From assembly GCA_036172245.1 (NCBI GenBank), contig JAYWIR010000063.1, positions 372,001 through 436,000 on the forward strand: 64,000 nt of DNA, written 5' to 3'. Shown in pieces: positions 40,302-53,379 of the stretch. The notes under the pieces were generated by a model, which did no database searches, had not been told where the DNA came from, and was given only the letters and a program-made list of their open reading frames with translations. This DNA is from Raillietiella orientalis (Eukaryota). A program made the translations under genes and the position numbers. Position 1 is the first letter of the stretch. Each line of letters opens with the position of its first letter.

Positions 40302-43300
40302 GTCAAATCGAACACAGTATCTGTTGCTTGACACGAACACTTGCTAAATTCCATTACCAAAATTACATTACATTTAATCAAAAATAAGAACACCAGAACC
40401 CAAGTGTGCTGTAAAGTAAAATATTTCAATAGTAGTGCTGTAGTAGTGCAACACAATCACACAGGTAATACTAGTCGTAATCTAGTTAAAATATGCCTGA
40501 TAATTATTTTACTCAAAGTATTACTTTACTGTAAACGGATGTTCTACAAATGCTCGTTTTGGTTGCTCAGTATTTCATTTTAACACACAAGACCAGTGTC
40601 TTAATTGAATTCACTTGAACATTTCTTTAACAAGTGCTTACCTACAAAGCAAATCTTTTTGCCAGTGGAACCCAGTAAGTGACAGTTGTTTATGGCCCAG
40701 CAATAAGCAAACACAATTTCTTCAACAGCTCGAGGAAAAGGAGCTTCAGGTGCTAAACTGTAATCCACTGAGAGAATTGGAACCTGAGTTTCTTGTGCCC
40801 AATCAAGTAAATACACTTCATGGGATTTAGAAGAACATGCAATAAATCCTCCACCATGACAATGAATGATTAAATATGGACTTGGAGGAAGGCACTCTTC
40901 CTCTTTTGTATGTGAAGAGCCAATCTATTGTAGTAGTTAACAGAACTCATAATACAGAAACAAAAACTAACCATGCCTTTTCTTTTACATGTTGATAATA
41001 GCCGACACAAAAGTGGTGCTGGGCCTAAATGTGTAACTGGATATGAAATCCTAACTTTGCCACCACCAGATGCTGCTGGGACTTCGAGAACTTCAGGAGC
41101 TAAAGTGATGACTTGGTTGACAAGTACTCGTGGGCATAAAAAATATGGAAACAATTGAAATGGTTCTGCAATTACGAAAGCAATCAGTGGTCACTGATGA
41201 ACAAATGGATTACTTGTATCAATGATAAGCCAAAAATTTTTGCAAAAATCAATCGAAGAGTGCTGACTTACAGTCACAAATCTTTGTGCTCTACGCTCAG
41301 GATTGAATAAGTACAATGCACCTAGAAATACATTTTTTGAAACCTTATTCAAATATATTTAATCTGTGTAATACCTGAAACCATAGATTTTGCAACACGA
41401 ATCAATAAAGGACCAGTATTGTAATAAAGATCACTAAATGATGTGAATCCTATAACAATCCAATTAAGCAGTGAACGTAATGATTCACTAAACTGGTAGA
41501 AATAACATTAATTAATTTGTTTTGTTAATATATACCTGATAACCTAAACACCTTCCATAAAAGCAATATTGGTTGACATCTTCTGCTTTTAAAAGTAATT
41601 CTTCTGGTGAGTGCTGTTCTGAAGGAAACAGATTTCCTGGTTCACTCCAGCTGAACAGAGTGTTCAAATGACATGCCAGAACAAAAAGAGAATTAATGAC
41701 TTGATTCCACATTTCAGCCTCACTAAAATTAAAGGATTATCCTAATATATTAATTTAGAAAAAATGTACAGCTAGTAAAACTATGCTCAGCATCTATTGT
41801 AAACTTTACCATAAACATCAATATTAGTTGTTCTGAATCACAAACACAAGTAATTTAAAAATGTGGACAAAGCCACCACCTAAACAACTGAAATTTCAAA
41901 TGCATCAATGGTGGCACATGTGCTTATCTGCACAGTATACGGTGAAGAACGTTTATGAAATTATTTAATTTCTAATAAATAAATGAATAATGCAGACTGG
42001 AATGTCTCACCAACTTTCTTCCTTGAACAAATCAACAGTTCTCGATTCTAATACATTAGCACACCTATCATATGGGAAACAAACGTTGACCATAAATATG
42101 GATTAATACAAACTTTTGAGGCAGAATCTTAACGTGAATAAAACTGAACAAACAGTTCGATGCTATTCGGTTATACGTGACTTTTCAGTTCTTTTAAAGG
42201 CATGTGTCAAATCTCTAAACTCAAATATCTTTTTCGAGGCTAAAGAAGGAAATGTGAAGAAAAAAATTCTTTCTAAAATTCAATTAGCAGAAATACTTTC
42301 AACTATTTTATTTAACATTCATGAATGTTCGTTGAGATGATTGATTCCCTGAGAAAAATATATTTGCAGTGACATATCTATTAATCTCTTTTAGGTCATC
42401 CTGTTCTCTATTACACTTTACTCAAAAATTGCTTATAGTGGTCTCACAGTAAAATGGCGATTATTAATCACTGCTCAGTTATGGCAACAGGAATCACATA
42501 GAAAATCACAGATTACATGCAAATTATTCATTCCATTGGCACATACTCCATATGAAAACATACACTAGCATTTAAGGATCAGTGCATAGTAATGAATTAT
42601 CTGTTCTTGGAAAAGGTCTTCTGTTTCATCATACCAAGATTGTGGTGTATTTTGCCTTTTACAAAAACAAAAACAGATTTACAAAACAAAAAAAAAAAGT
42701 CTTGCTGTTAGCAATGCAACATCCACAGGCACAATACATCACAATCCAGAAGATAAATGACCTAAACAGACGTAACTATGGAAATAATTGCAACAGAATT
42801 GTTCTAAACCCCGAAATTGAACTTTTAAACATGTAATGCTTTCACTTTCTTGTTATAGCAGTAACTCAACAAACTAATTCTACAATGATATCTAATTTAC
42901 TAAATTTTTCATGTTAACAAATATCAAATTATTTTAAACAATTAAAAAGAAACATGGTTATCAGGCATTGCAAAATAGAAAGTACATTAAATCTTGATTT
43001 CTACTTGTTTACATCCCAGTTTCATGTGCCATTTTTCTGTTCCTCATTCCAATACACAATGAATTAAGTGCTTGCAATTGAGCCTCACTTGTTTTGTATA
43101 TAACTGTTTTGATCCATAAGCATGTTAAAAAGTGACGTGATATTTTCAAGATTGGGTGCATTATAAACACTTTTGATCACTTCAAATGTAAGTGTGACTA
43201 CAAAATGCATGGAAAAATACAGTTTGTAGTAATACTTTTAACAAAATGTAAATAACACAATTTAGGTTCCAACACGCTTGTTTACAAAAGTTTTCTGCTA

Positions 43301-44352
43301 TAGCAACACAATCATTACATATTTTGCAAACAAATTAACACATTTGATTTCTACAGACCAAAGTAAAATTTTCATTCATACTGTTTGTCACATCCCAAAA
43401 ATATCTTTGTGATGTAAAAATATATGTTTTGAATATCACAACAAGCATGATAAAATACACTTGCTTCAGATCATTAAATACACTATCCACACTTTAAATC
43501 ATATGAATGTGAATGCAAAAAAAAACTCTTGCAAGGAACTGTATTTATGGCATGCAGCACACTGATAATTTTGGCATCATGAAAAATTACTGTTTAGTGG
43601 TTAGCATTATGAAAACTAAATTAAGGTACAGTTTCATTTCTATTTTTGCCTAAGTCATAATTTTTGCTTGTTTGAGTATATTACCCGAGTCTTTAAATAA
43701 GATCTTTTAATAATGAACAATAAAACAGCTTTAGGGAATATTTAATCTCACAGTTTCTTAGAAATTATAACACTCGTGCATTTTCGTGTTTTTTGGTGAA
43801 AAATATATATTTGAAATTGGTAATTAAAAAATATGCCCAAATACAGTTCAAAGGATCTTTAAAGACTCCAAAAGAAAAAAAAGGGAAAAGTAATAAACAA
43901 AATTATAGCCACAAAATGCATAAACTCTGAATGATCTATGTTTGTCATGAGTAAATACACAGCATAAATTGGAAACAATTTCAATTTCAAAACAGTAAAT
44001 GGCAAACTTACAGGGCCCATGACTTTTTGCTGAACATGTATGAGTTCTGATATATATTTAAAGTTGTCAAAAATTTTTTGCATTGCCTGGAGTAAGCATT
44101 AAAAACAAAAATAAAACTTCGATATCCATTTCCAGGGATATCTTCAGAAAAATCGAACAGAGGTGCTATGTTCTTAATATCTTCTACTGCTTCATTGTAT
44201 TTTCTAATGTTTTCTTTTAAGAGGGAGATTGTTTTAAAAATCTTGGAACCATATGGGCTTAAATCATTTTTAAAATGTTGGCATATATTATCACACAAAT
44301 CTTCTATACTCATACATTCTAATTCATTTAATTTTTTATTTCTGTAGTTCAT
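37366..44352 (-). CDS. LIPE: Hormone-sensitive lipase
   Basis: Exons 44352-44012, 41722-41536, 41492-41375, 41321-41214, 41165-40972, 40924-40642, 38428-38042, 37963-37921, 37870-37705, 37623-37498 and 37443-37366. Motifs: HSL_N PGNGYRS and [54 protein letters not shown]. The catalytic triad is intact. The linker exons around 37.9-38.0 kb are less certain. Confidence 0.93.
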
Positions 44353-45091
44353 CCCTCCTACAAAACAAAATCACCTTGAGGTCTGCATAATCTTTTTAGG
44401 GATCACAAAAACTTTGGCAGATAAGTAAAGCAAAATTTCTTTCTTAATATAGTTTGGACTGTTTCTTAATATAATTTGTCAATACAGGGCACTGATAAAA
44501 GAATTATTAAAGTCATGGTGATCCTGTAATAATGTTTAGAATTAGATATAAAAAGAAGACCCAAAACTCCAATGATGCCCTAACAACTAATCAAGATTAA
44601 ACTAAATGTAAAAACACTAACGATGAGATACAATGAATAATTTCGAGTTAAAATTTCATTTCAGTCACTTAAACTCTCAAACTTTATTTGCAACTTGACA
44701 TAAGTTGTTGAAATTTTAGAAACCACAAAATTATTTATTACATTTTATATAAACTGTAAAACTGTTTATATAACATGTACATTAACACTGAAATTGGTTG
44801 TTGTTTTTCAACTTGACTTGGATACTTGTACTTATATTTAATCAGAGAAATTTCTAAGATAAAATGGTGAAATTTCACATGCAGTGAAATTCATCACTTT
44901 GAATTTTAAATACTGGTCAAAGAAATCGTTTTGTTCTTTCTGCCAACATACAGATTCTAATAAGAACCATTACATTCTGTTGCTATCTTAAGCATTTGAT
45001 ACATAAAACATGGTATGAAGAGATGAAGATTATTAAACTCATATAAATTTTATTTAAAATAATAATGTATTTGATTAGCTAGCACCATATG

Positions 45092-45844
45092 CTAAGGATC
45101 AAAACTTTGAACTTTATCGAATTTCTCTTTTGCTTCCTTTTTTAAAGGTAAATCTGAGCATATACTTTGACGGAGAGTTTTCTGAAGGACATGAGCATCT
45201 GCTGGCTCTATTCTCTTATAATAATGTTCCATTGTTTCAACAATTTGAAATCCAAATTTCTTATAAAAATGGATAGCACCTTCATTATTAACTTGAACAT
45301 GCCTGAAATTAATAATGCAATTTACATTGAATGTAATGCTGAATAAAATCATCATGCATAAATAGCCTAAATAACAAAATATTATCTTGCAATCCTCACA
45401 AGAATATGCTATCAAAATTCCCATCCTTTTGTACATAATTTAGTATATGTTGAACCATTTTTGTTCCAATTCCTTGGCGGCGGTATGGTGCTAGGCAACC
45501 TAAAGTCATTATATATAAACGCCTATAATTTTCGGCTATATCAATTCTACAGCATACAGCACCCACAACTATATCATTGTAATATGCTAAAATAGTCACA
45601 AGTAAGTTAAAAAAAATTAACTGGATATCAGAAATTATTACCCAGCTTGGCCAGCTCTCCTGCTTCTAAAACATCTTTATAAAATTTGTCATTATAGGAT
45701 ACAGGAAAAACAACTTGATTTAATTTTTTTAACTGTTTAATATTATGTGGAGTTACATCTCCCAACTCTATGCGAACTCTACAAAGGAGATGTTAAGATT
45801 TCTAACCAAAATGAAACTGTAAGATATTACCTAGATTTAGTCAT
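45092..45844 (-). CDS. NAA50: N-alpha-acetyltransferase 50 (NatE catalytic subunit, san)
   Basis: Exons 45844-45831, 45778-45642, 45586-45400 and 45302-45092. RIELGDVTPHNIKQLKKLNQVVFPVSYNDKFY...LYIMTLGCLAPYRRQGIG...LHVQVNNEGAIHFY...YYKRIEPADAHVL. Confidence 0.97.
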
Positions 45845-48800
45845 ACCACAATTCTTTGTCCATACAATTTCAAAAACAATTATTTTGAAAGTTGTCAATA
45901 AACAAATAATTTTGAAAAATTGACATGCATGTCAGCTTCTAAAATAAAAAGAAATTCAAAACAAACATTAATTGTCACATTCTATTTGAATACTGATGCT
46001 GAGTACACTGAATTCAAAGCATTTAAAATCACATCCCTGGGCATTTTTCTTGTTTATCTTAATACGTAGTTCCATATGTGATTTCTAGGTGTACTCTTTC
46101 CTAGAAATTTAGTATATCATATTATTTTAACAGATACATTCAATATTACAAACAAAATGCTACAGCAAAGCATGCAGTTACAAATTGACTAGTGGCCCAC
46201 ACTTTTAAAACTAATGACAACTCATGACGAATGTAAAATGCCTGTTTCCCCTACTTTCATGACAGGGGTGGGAAGATTTAAGCACAGAGTTTCAAGTTTA
46301 AGATGAAACTAGCCCAGAATGCGGAATGCGGAAGGAAATAAACACCACCGGTGCAAAAGGGGTCGAATACAGTAAGTTGAGATTAAGTGATGAGCAAATG
46401 AGGCAATCTTTCATAACAACAGGGAGGTGCATGGTGATGTTTCCAAAGAAGCTTTCAAAGAACAAACATGACACGTGACTCCCGACAAACCCCTCTTCTA
46501 GAAACGATTATTTTTCGAATTTTTTGTCATGCAAATTACAAAGGAAAAAAGGGGTACTGGCTTGACAAAACTTCTCTGGGAATGGCAACAATAAGAGAAC
46601 ACGTTCTGAAATCCTCGTTATGGTCACTGCTTGAACGAAAAAATATTCAGCTCATCCATCCATCCACTGCTCGATCGAAGCACACGTCAAAACGTCCTCA
46701 ACGACAATTCGACCAGCATGATATGTGCACATGCCGTTCATCGTGCGTGCCGGTAAAATCGAGCAAACCCATGTTTTGCCTTTTCGAAAATGCACGTTTT
46801 CCCTTCGTGGGTGCAGCGATCGGGCCGGTGGGAACGTTTGAAAGGTTCCAACACTTCGAGGTTGCACGGGAATTCGGCCGCCCAGCGATTCCCGAAAACA
46901 TTCGTTGCAAAAGGACGGATGCCCAACACTTTGAACGAACACCTAAATTGCGACGGCACTCGGGAAAACACTCCTCGAAGTGGGGGATGCACCGTTTCAA
47001 GCACTTTGCTGGCACAGTTAGTTGGCCACACAGTGGTGAACGTGCACGACACACACACACACCGTGCCGCCCGCCGCCGCCGCCCCCCCCTCCATTCCGG
47101 CCGACTGCATTGTGCGCCCTGGCACGACGTGGTGCACGTGCCACAACACATATGCATATCCGCACACCAACGGGCGGTGTTCCCCATGTGGACGCGTCTG
47201 CACGTGTACAATTCAGCACGGAAATACACCCGCGCGCGTACAGTGGAGTACGCATCGCCTCCTGCTAAAACCCACGAGCTAAGCGTCCCCAAAAGGTTAG
47301 AGGAGGGCATCTGCCCGCTGCCGCACGTGAGGAACGGGTGCCGAGCGGAAGGGCAGAAGACGCCCGTCGGCGTCCTGCGAGAATCCTGCAAGAATCTTTC
47401 GCTGAACCCTGAATTTCAGGTCCAACGAGTCGCTCCCTCCATCCGGCTTGGATCCTGTGCTACGTGTCCCTCCGAAAGGTCCCCCCCCCCCCCGCCTTTC
47501 CATGCAAGATACGTGCTCCCAGCCTCCCTCGCGCCCTCATCATCCACCCCCACACGCTGCTGCGGCAGCGGCGGTCCTTCCGCAGGTCGCACCTCACAGA
47601 GAGGTCAACCTACGACGACCCACGCAGCTCAGTACAATCCTAGCCCGCTACGCGGCCGAGAGGGAAGGGCATACGGGGATTCGGAGTAATAACGGTCATA
47701 AAAGGATTCTTCTATTGGAAATGATTTCACAAGATGAAGGCCTACAGAGAGCACTCTCTCTGTCTTTACCTACGCGCACACTCGGATGCTTTCTCACGGA
47801 TCTTTCTGCATTGCATAGAAGGCGAGTGGAAAAGCAAAATGCTAAGGCAAGACGAACGGCCCTCCATACTGCTGTCCCACTTCAGCAAAACCTTTGGAAT
47901 GAAAAAGGTGAAGATCCCTCCCAGCATGCGTTACTGAGATGGTTGATGAGCTTCCGCCAGAAAGCAAACATTCGTAATGGGAAAAAGTCTCCAGACCTCG
48001 CGCCCAATCACATCTTCGGTCCGATCACTAGGTGATGCGCATGGCAACCAGCCATCTCACGGGAGAGAGATTTTCACGAACCTTACAACGAGCACCCACG
48101 AAGATGAATGCACGTCAAGCCTGGAACTCTTTTATTTAGGACTGAAAAGAAAGCCAAAACGGGCCGCTTGCCCTGAAGATGAATTGTGAGCATCCCAAAA
48201 GTGCGGTGTGCCCTTCTTCACAAGAAAGTTGTGCCCTCACCCCGGGCACAAGCGGCAGCACGAGAAAAGCACACGGAAACGAAAAGGAGCATTACATAAT
48301 CTCAAAGTGCAGGGATTGCTGTATCGATGAATCATGGAAGAAGGAAAAGAGTGCGGAAAAAAAAAAAAAAAGAATTGTCTCCCAATCCTGGAGAAACAGA
48401 AAAAAGAAAGCATGATTTCATTCTTCCGGAAGGAACATCCACAAGACAGGACCAGGAATCTTCACACATGCACTTCCTTGAATGTCCAGCCGCCGCTAGA
48501 CTTTCGAACCAATTTGTTTTCCTCTCTTTTCCTTCCTGTCTTTTGAAAGTGAGCTTTTGGGCGTGCGTTGTAAAGTCGCACAGAACTGCAAGATTCAGAA
48601 TCTTAGTAGCCGGAGGATCGAGTCAAGCAGCTGGCAAACAGGGATTCAGTTTGTTGATCAGTTGCTATGCTAAAAAATTTTCCACGCTATTGCAAGTGCC
48701 TAACTTTCAAAGTAAGTTTACGATCATAACTCGATAAATCCGATTACCTGATTGTCCGTGTTTTTTTTTTTTTTTTTTCCTTTTTCTTTTACTTCCCATT

Positions 48801-49049
48801 TTGAATTTTTACCCCAAAGTGGAATCAAACTTTGTACGGAAAGAATCAGTAAAAGAAAACACTCGAGACAAAAAAAAGAAATCCTTCCGTGACGAAGGCA
48901 AATAGAGATGATATCAAATTACCCGTGATGTTGATTTTGATTTCATCACCCTAAGAATTTCCTCTTACGTTCAAACATTTGTTGGTCGCAGCCCATCTGA
49001 AGGAAGGGGGGGGGGGGGAATGTGTCAACAGATTCTTGCGAATCGACAG

Positions 49050-52000
49050 GGAGGAGAACTCCGAGACTCAACTCGGATTCCGGCTCTGCACTTTCGACGC
49101 AGACCATTCGGGGAAAATCTCTTTCGTCCAAAGACCCTCTATGCAGTCCGCATAAACGAACCTCCTCGTGGCGACCAGTGGCGAGCCCCTGCCGATGAAA
49201 ACCCACGTTGCGTGGCGACTGCTCAGCGATGCGCTTCCGTGCGGCCATCGGAAGATTCTGGTAGCACGTCCTTCCGCACGTTCTAATGGGAACAACGGGT
49301 TCCCACTATCCCTCCCATTCCTCGGAAGTGCTTTCCGCCGAGACTTGCTGACGTTCCTCGTTTCGATGGACGCTATAAGCCACTGGTGGTGGTCTGAAGC
49401 GTCCTCCAGACCGGAGGCGCCGGTCAAAAAGTCTGAGGCTCCGAAATTTTCACAAGGAATTCCAAGAAACAGCGTCCATCTTGGAGAACGTAAGGCGAGG
49501 TCTTTTTTGTGTGTATCTCGCCAGCCGAACCTCGCCAGGGTTTGCAACCGCCGCGAGCAGGAGCGCCACCTCCCATCTGAGGGAGGAGCCACTTCTTCCT
49601 CATGCCATCGAAGCAGCATGGGACTGCTCAACGGTCCATCTCTGAGCCCCAGTAAGTGGGTTTTCCCTTCCTTTGGTTTGCTAGCGCTCAAGAACCGTTC
49701 GCCTAGGGGTCACTAAGCTCTTTGACCCTGTCCACCTCACCCAAGGGTGCGTGTTGACTCTTCCAGTTAGGGGATACCCCGGGAGGGAACCACTCTATGA
49801 ACCCAGAAAGGCTCCGGAGGAAGGAGTTCCTTCCTCTCACGCGTGGCAGGGAGCCCTGAAGGGAATCACCTCTTCGTTATTCTCTCTGAAGGGACTTCTT
49901 GAAGGGGGTCGCTCCATTCTTTCTTTTCCAAAAGGAAAAGAAAGAATTTTTTTTTTCTTTTTCCAAAGGATCGGCTCATTGGCTCATTCCCCTAATGGAA
50001 CCGCAACATGCTACTTCTCTGAAGAGAACCCCGAAAGGAGCAGCGCGCTTCTTAATACTCTGGAAGAATGTCAAGAAAGAATGGTGGACACCCTCGAGGG
50101 GGATACCAAGCAGTCCATGATGAAGGTGTCAACCTCATCCGGCAGCCCCACGAGACCAAGGCGGCTTCTGTTCTCTCCCCTCTCTCCGCAGGGGTGTCTC
50201 TGGACCAGCCAGTGATTTGCAGCGGCGTCTTCGCCATCCCCCTTATCCAGGCATTACCCGCCCATTTCCCGTCTTTCAGCGGCCTGGAGGTTCGACAAGC
50301 CGACTTTCTCCCATCCACTGCGTTTCGCCTTTCGGACGGCACCTGAGCTTCGTCTGGCGCGCCGCTCCGCGCGAGGGTCGCGCCTGTCCCTCGAGGGCAA
50401 GCGGTGAACTTTGCTCCAGCGAGTTGCCCTTTCTGATCGCAGCGGAGGAACGCTCTCCATTCGTGACTCCGTGGGGAGAGAATCGGGAAAATAGGGAGCG
50501 GCGCCGAGCTCCCGGAAAACAGACGCAGCAGTTCATCCGTGCCCAGGTCGAGTTCTTCACGCGTGCTCTCTGAGCTTCCATCTAAAATTCTATTCTCCAG
50601 TGTGGGGGTGGGGGGACAAGCACGCTCCAGGGAGAAGATTTTTTCCACAGGGAGGATCTCCTCTCAGTCCCCGAGAAATGGAACAGCACCGCAGGATCAG
50701 TAAACCATCGTCCAAGTGAGTCGTCCACGTCCGCTTGGGCATCCGTGCGGCGCAGTACCAGACGTCCCATGTTCGGATTCCACCCGTGGGGGAAGGGACG
50801 ACACCAGACCTCGGCTCCATCGAGTGACCGGCTGAGGTCGCCTCCCTTGAGGGGGAGGTATTGCATCCTCCTCAGGAGGATAGAAGGAGGGTGAGGAACG
50901 TGTAATTCTTCAAGATAGGGGGGTACCCAGGAGGGGACTGCCTCTCACGCTTGGTGAGGGATCCCCGAAGGGAACTTCCAGCCCTGGTTGTCTGCAAAGG
51001 GAACTCCGAAGGAAATCTCTTCCCTTACTCTCTCCGGCGGGACCCCCAGAGGTGTCCGTTCCATGTTTTCTTCTCCGAAGGAAACCCCTGCAAAGGAACC
51101 GCTTCTGTTTACAGCTACCCAGCGTGCTTGGGTGGGCAGCTGGGAACGCTAAGGACGCAAGTAGGCTGGTAGATATTGCTGACCGTGGGTGATGGGCACG
51201 CTTCCAGGGCACGCCCCCATATCACTGCGGAGTTCCAACTTTGCCGTTCTTGAGGCGCGCGAGAGCTAAAGGAGAAGCGCTGGTGAGCGAAGCTGGCCAC
51301 TGCAAAACCCGTGATTGGAGGACTGTGGCCTCTTAGGCGGTGCACTCTTGCACGCTCCTGCTGCCACCACGGCATCGAATCCGCACGGAAAGCGGAGCAC
51401 CAGATTCCTGGACTGAGCCTTTTGGTGGTCCGAAGTAGTGCGATGAGTGGAGGGAACCCGCATTGACGGGATCAAACAGCGGGTTCGATCCTCCGCCCCA
51501 AGTATCAAAGGGGACGAAACTGGTGGCAAGTCTGCGGTCTGAGGTGACGTCAGCCGGTTGTTAGCGAGGTGTACGCGCGTACCTGCTTCTGGATACAACA
51601 CGAGAGGCAACGGTGCTCTTCCGAAGCGAGCGCTGGCCGAGTGCACCGCCGCCAGGAAGCCCAATGTCCGCTCTCAGGAACGGGCACGAATGGGAGGTGT
51701 CTTGCAGCGCCAAGCCCAAAGAGCGGGGGACATTCAGGAGAAGCTGCCTCTCCAGGCCAATCGCCAGTAAAGGAAGAGAACTCTTTGGCAGTTGCAGCGT
51801 GGAGATGGGCTGCCATCGGAACAGAAAGAGGAACGGTGGGGCAGGTGCGCTGGGACCGCGAAGACGCTCTTTCTCAACGTATGCGCACAGGTTGATGGGA
51901 GGTCAACTTTACTAGGGGTGACGAAGGCACCACCCTGGATCGATTATGGACAGCGCGACTAGGAAGAAGGAGATCGTGATGGTGAAGAAGTTTCTGGTCG

Positions 52001-53300
52001 CTGATGGGGTGTGGAGGTTGGCATGGGTGAAAGCGGACGTGTCAAACTTCCCTCGTGGAGCTTCCCCAGATGAGGGTTTGGGTTCCCGAGATGCGCCCAT
52101 GCCTCTGTGATTTTTCTGGGTGTGATTTGTGGTCTCATGGAGGATGATGCATCTCGAAACCTGAGGGTCGGTTGCGATGGAGCTCACAATCTCACACGGG
52201 GCGATGCAAGATGGTCGTGCTGGAAGTCGAATCCGAGTGGTCCGAGCTTGGTAGCTGCTGAGTGAGGTGGCCGAAAAGAGGAGGTGGAGCTGCAGGTATC
52301 GTCGGTGACTCTGAATCGGTGACGCTCGTCCGGCAGAGCAGCAAAATCCGTTTCTCCTATCCTCGCCCTCGTTGCGAGGTGTTTCCATGGTTTCCCTTCG
52401 AAAGGGAAGTTGTCCATCCGGAAAGTTCGCTCCCTTCTTGGGAAAGTTCGCCGCCGTCAGCATCACAGACAACCCATCGAGCCTCCCGACTTGGCAAGGT
52501 GCCAGCGAGAGCTCGTCTGGCGCGCTTCGCGCAGGTCGACTCCGGCGAAGTCGCCCTCCAGCGGATTCCCCTGCGACCTGGGCGTCTGGGGACGACAGAA
52601 TTCGCCCTTGCATGTGCGTCCGCCCGAGTCGCGGACCACTTTCTCTCCCTCCCCTCCCCGAGCTCCAACGAGAGCACCACTCGCTCAGCGGCGCGGCAGG
52701 TGAGCCCGCGGCCAGTGGACTCGTGAGCGTAGCAGCGGGTGTCGGCGCACCGGGATCCGTGGGACGCACGCCCTTTCTCTCAATGGGCGCAGGGTCTGCC
52801 CTTCCTAGATCCGTATGGCCCTCGCTGTGGGCGACCTTGTCCGGACTCCGGTCGGGACTGGATACGCGGAAGTGGCGGCGGATATCCCTTCGCCGACTTT
52901 GAGCCTAGCGCGCGGCCCGGGGACCCTGACGACGTTCTGCTGCCGGCTGACGAAACCGGCGAAGGGAAGGCAGGGAGGTCCTTTCGGGGTAGGAGCGGAC
53001 GAAAGGCAGGCGGGACTGCCCGAGTATTCCATAGCGGGGGGGGGGGGGGTGAAGGACACACACGAGCCGCTCGTTCGACGCTCTCCACACGTCTTCCCGC
53101 CCAAGGAGTCCCGCCTCGCTCGCGCTGGAGTGACGATCTCCCCGGCTCTCACCTCCCCCCTCCATCCGCCACCGGGCGGTCGCGCCAGAGCTGCGCGGGG
53201 TAGCAGCCGCTGCGCTGGCAGGTCACCACCGCGGTGGCCTCTCGGGCACCAGGGGTGTATGCGACTGCGTCAAGAGGCGAGACCCGCGGACGGTATCTCC
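49050..53300 (-). mobile_element. Decayed non-LTR retrotransposon (L1/Tx1-like) ORF2 relic
   Basis: Collinear degenerate motifs on the - strand across several frames: DHLA (APE SDH-like, ~52210), LVLYPEAGTRVHLANNRLTS (LIPK..NWRPIS-like, ~51580), GRALEACPSPTVSNIY (QGCPLSP-like, ~51200), LLGTPLS (YLG.PL-like, ~50925), YLPLKGGDL (YLP..EGGL-like, ~50850). Boundaries are approximate. Confidence 0.55.
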
Positions 53301-53379
53301 AGCTTCAGTCTCGGATGACTGTCGTCTCAAGCTGGGTTTTAAACGTTATGGGTTCGAATGACACGTGAAGGAGGGAGCT

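Noticed and set aside
46468..48035. ORFs of 195-299 aa upstream of NAA50
   Set aside because: Contain microsatellite-derived sequence and no recognisable motifs; more likely a CpG-rich promoter or intronic region.
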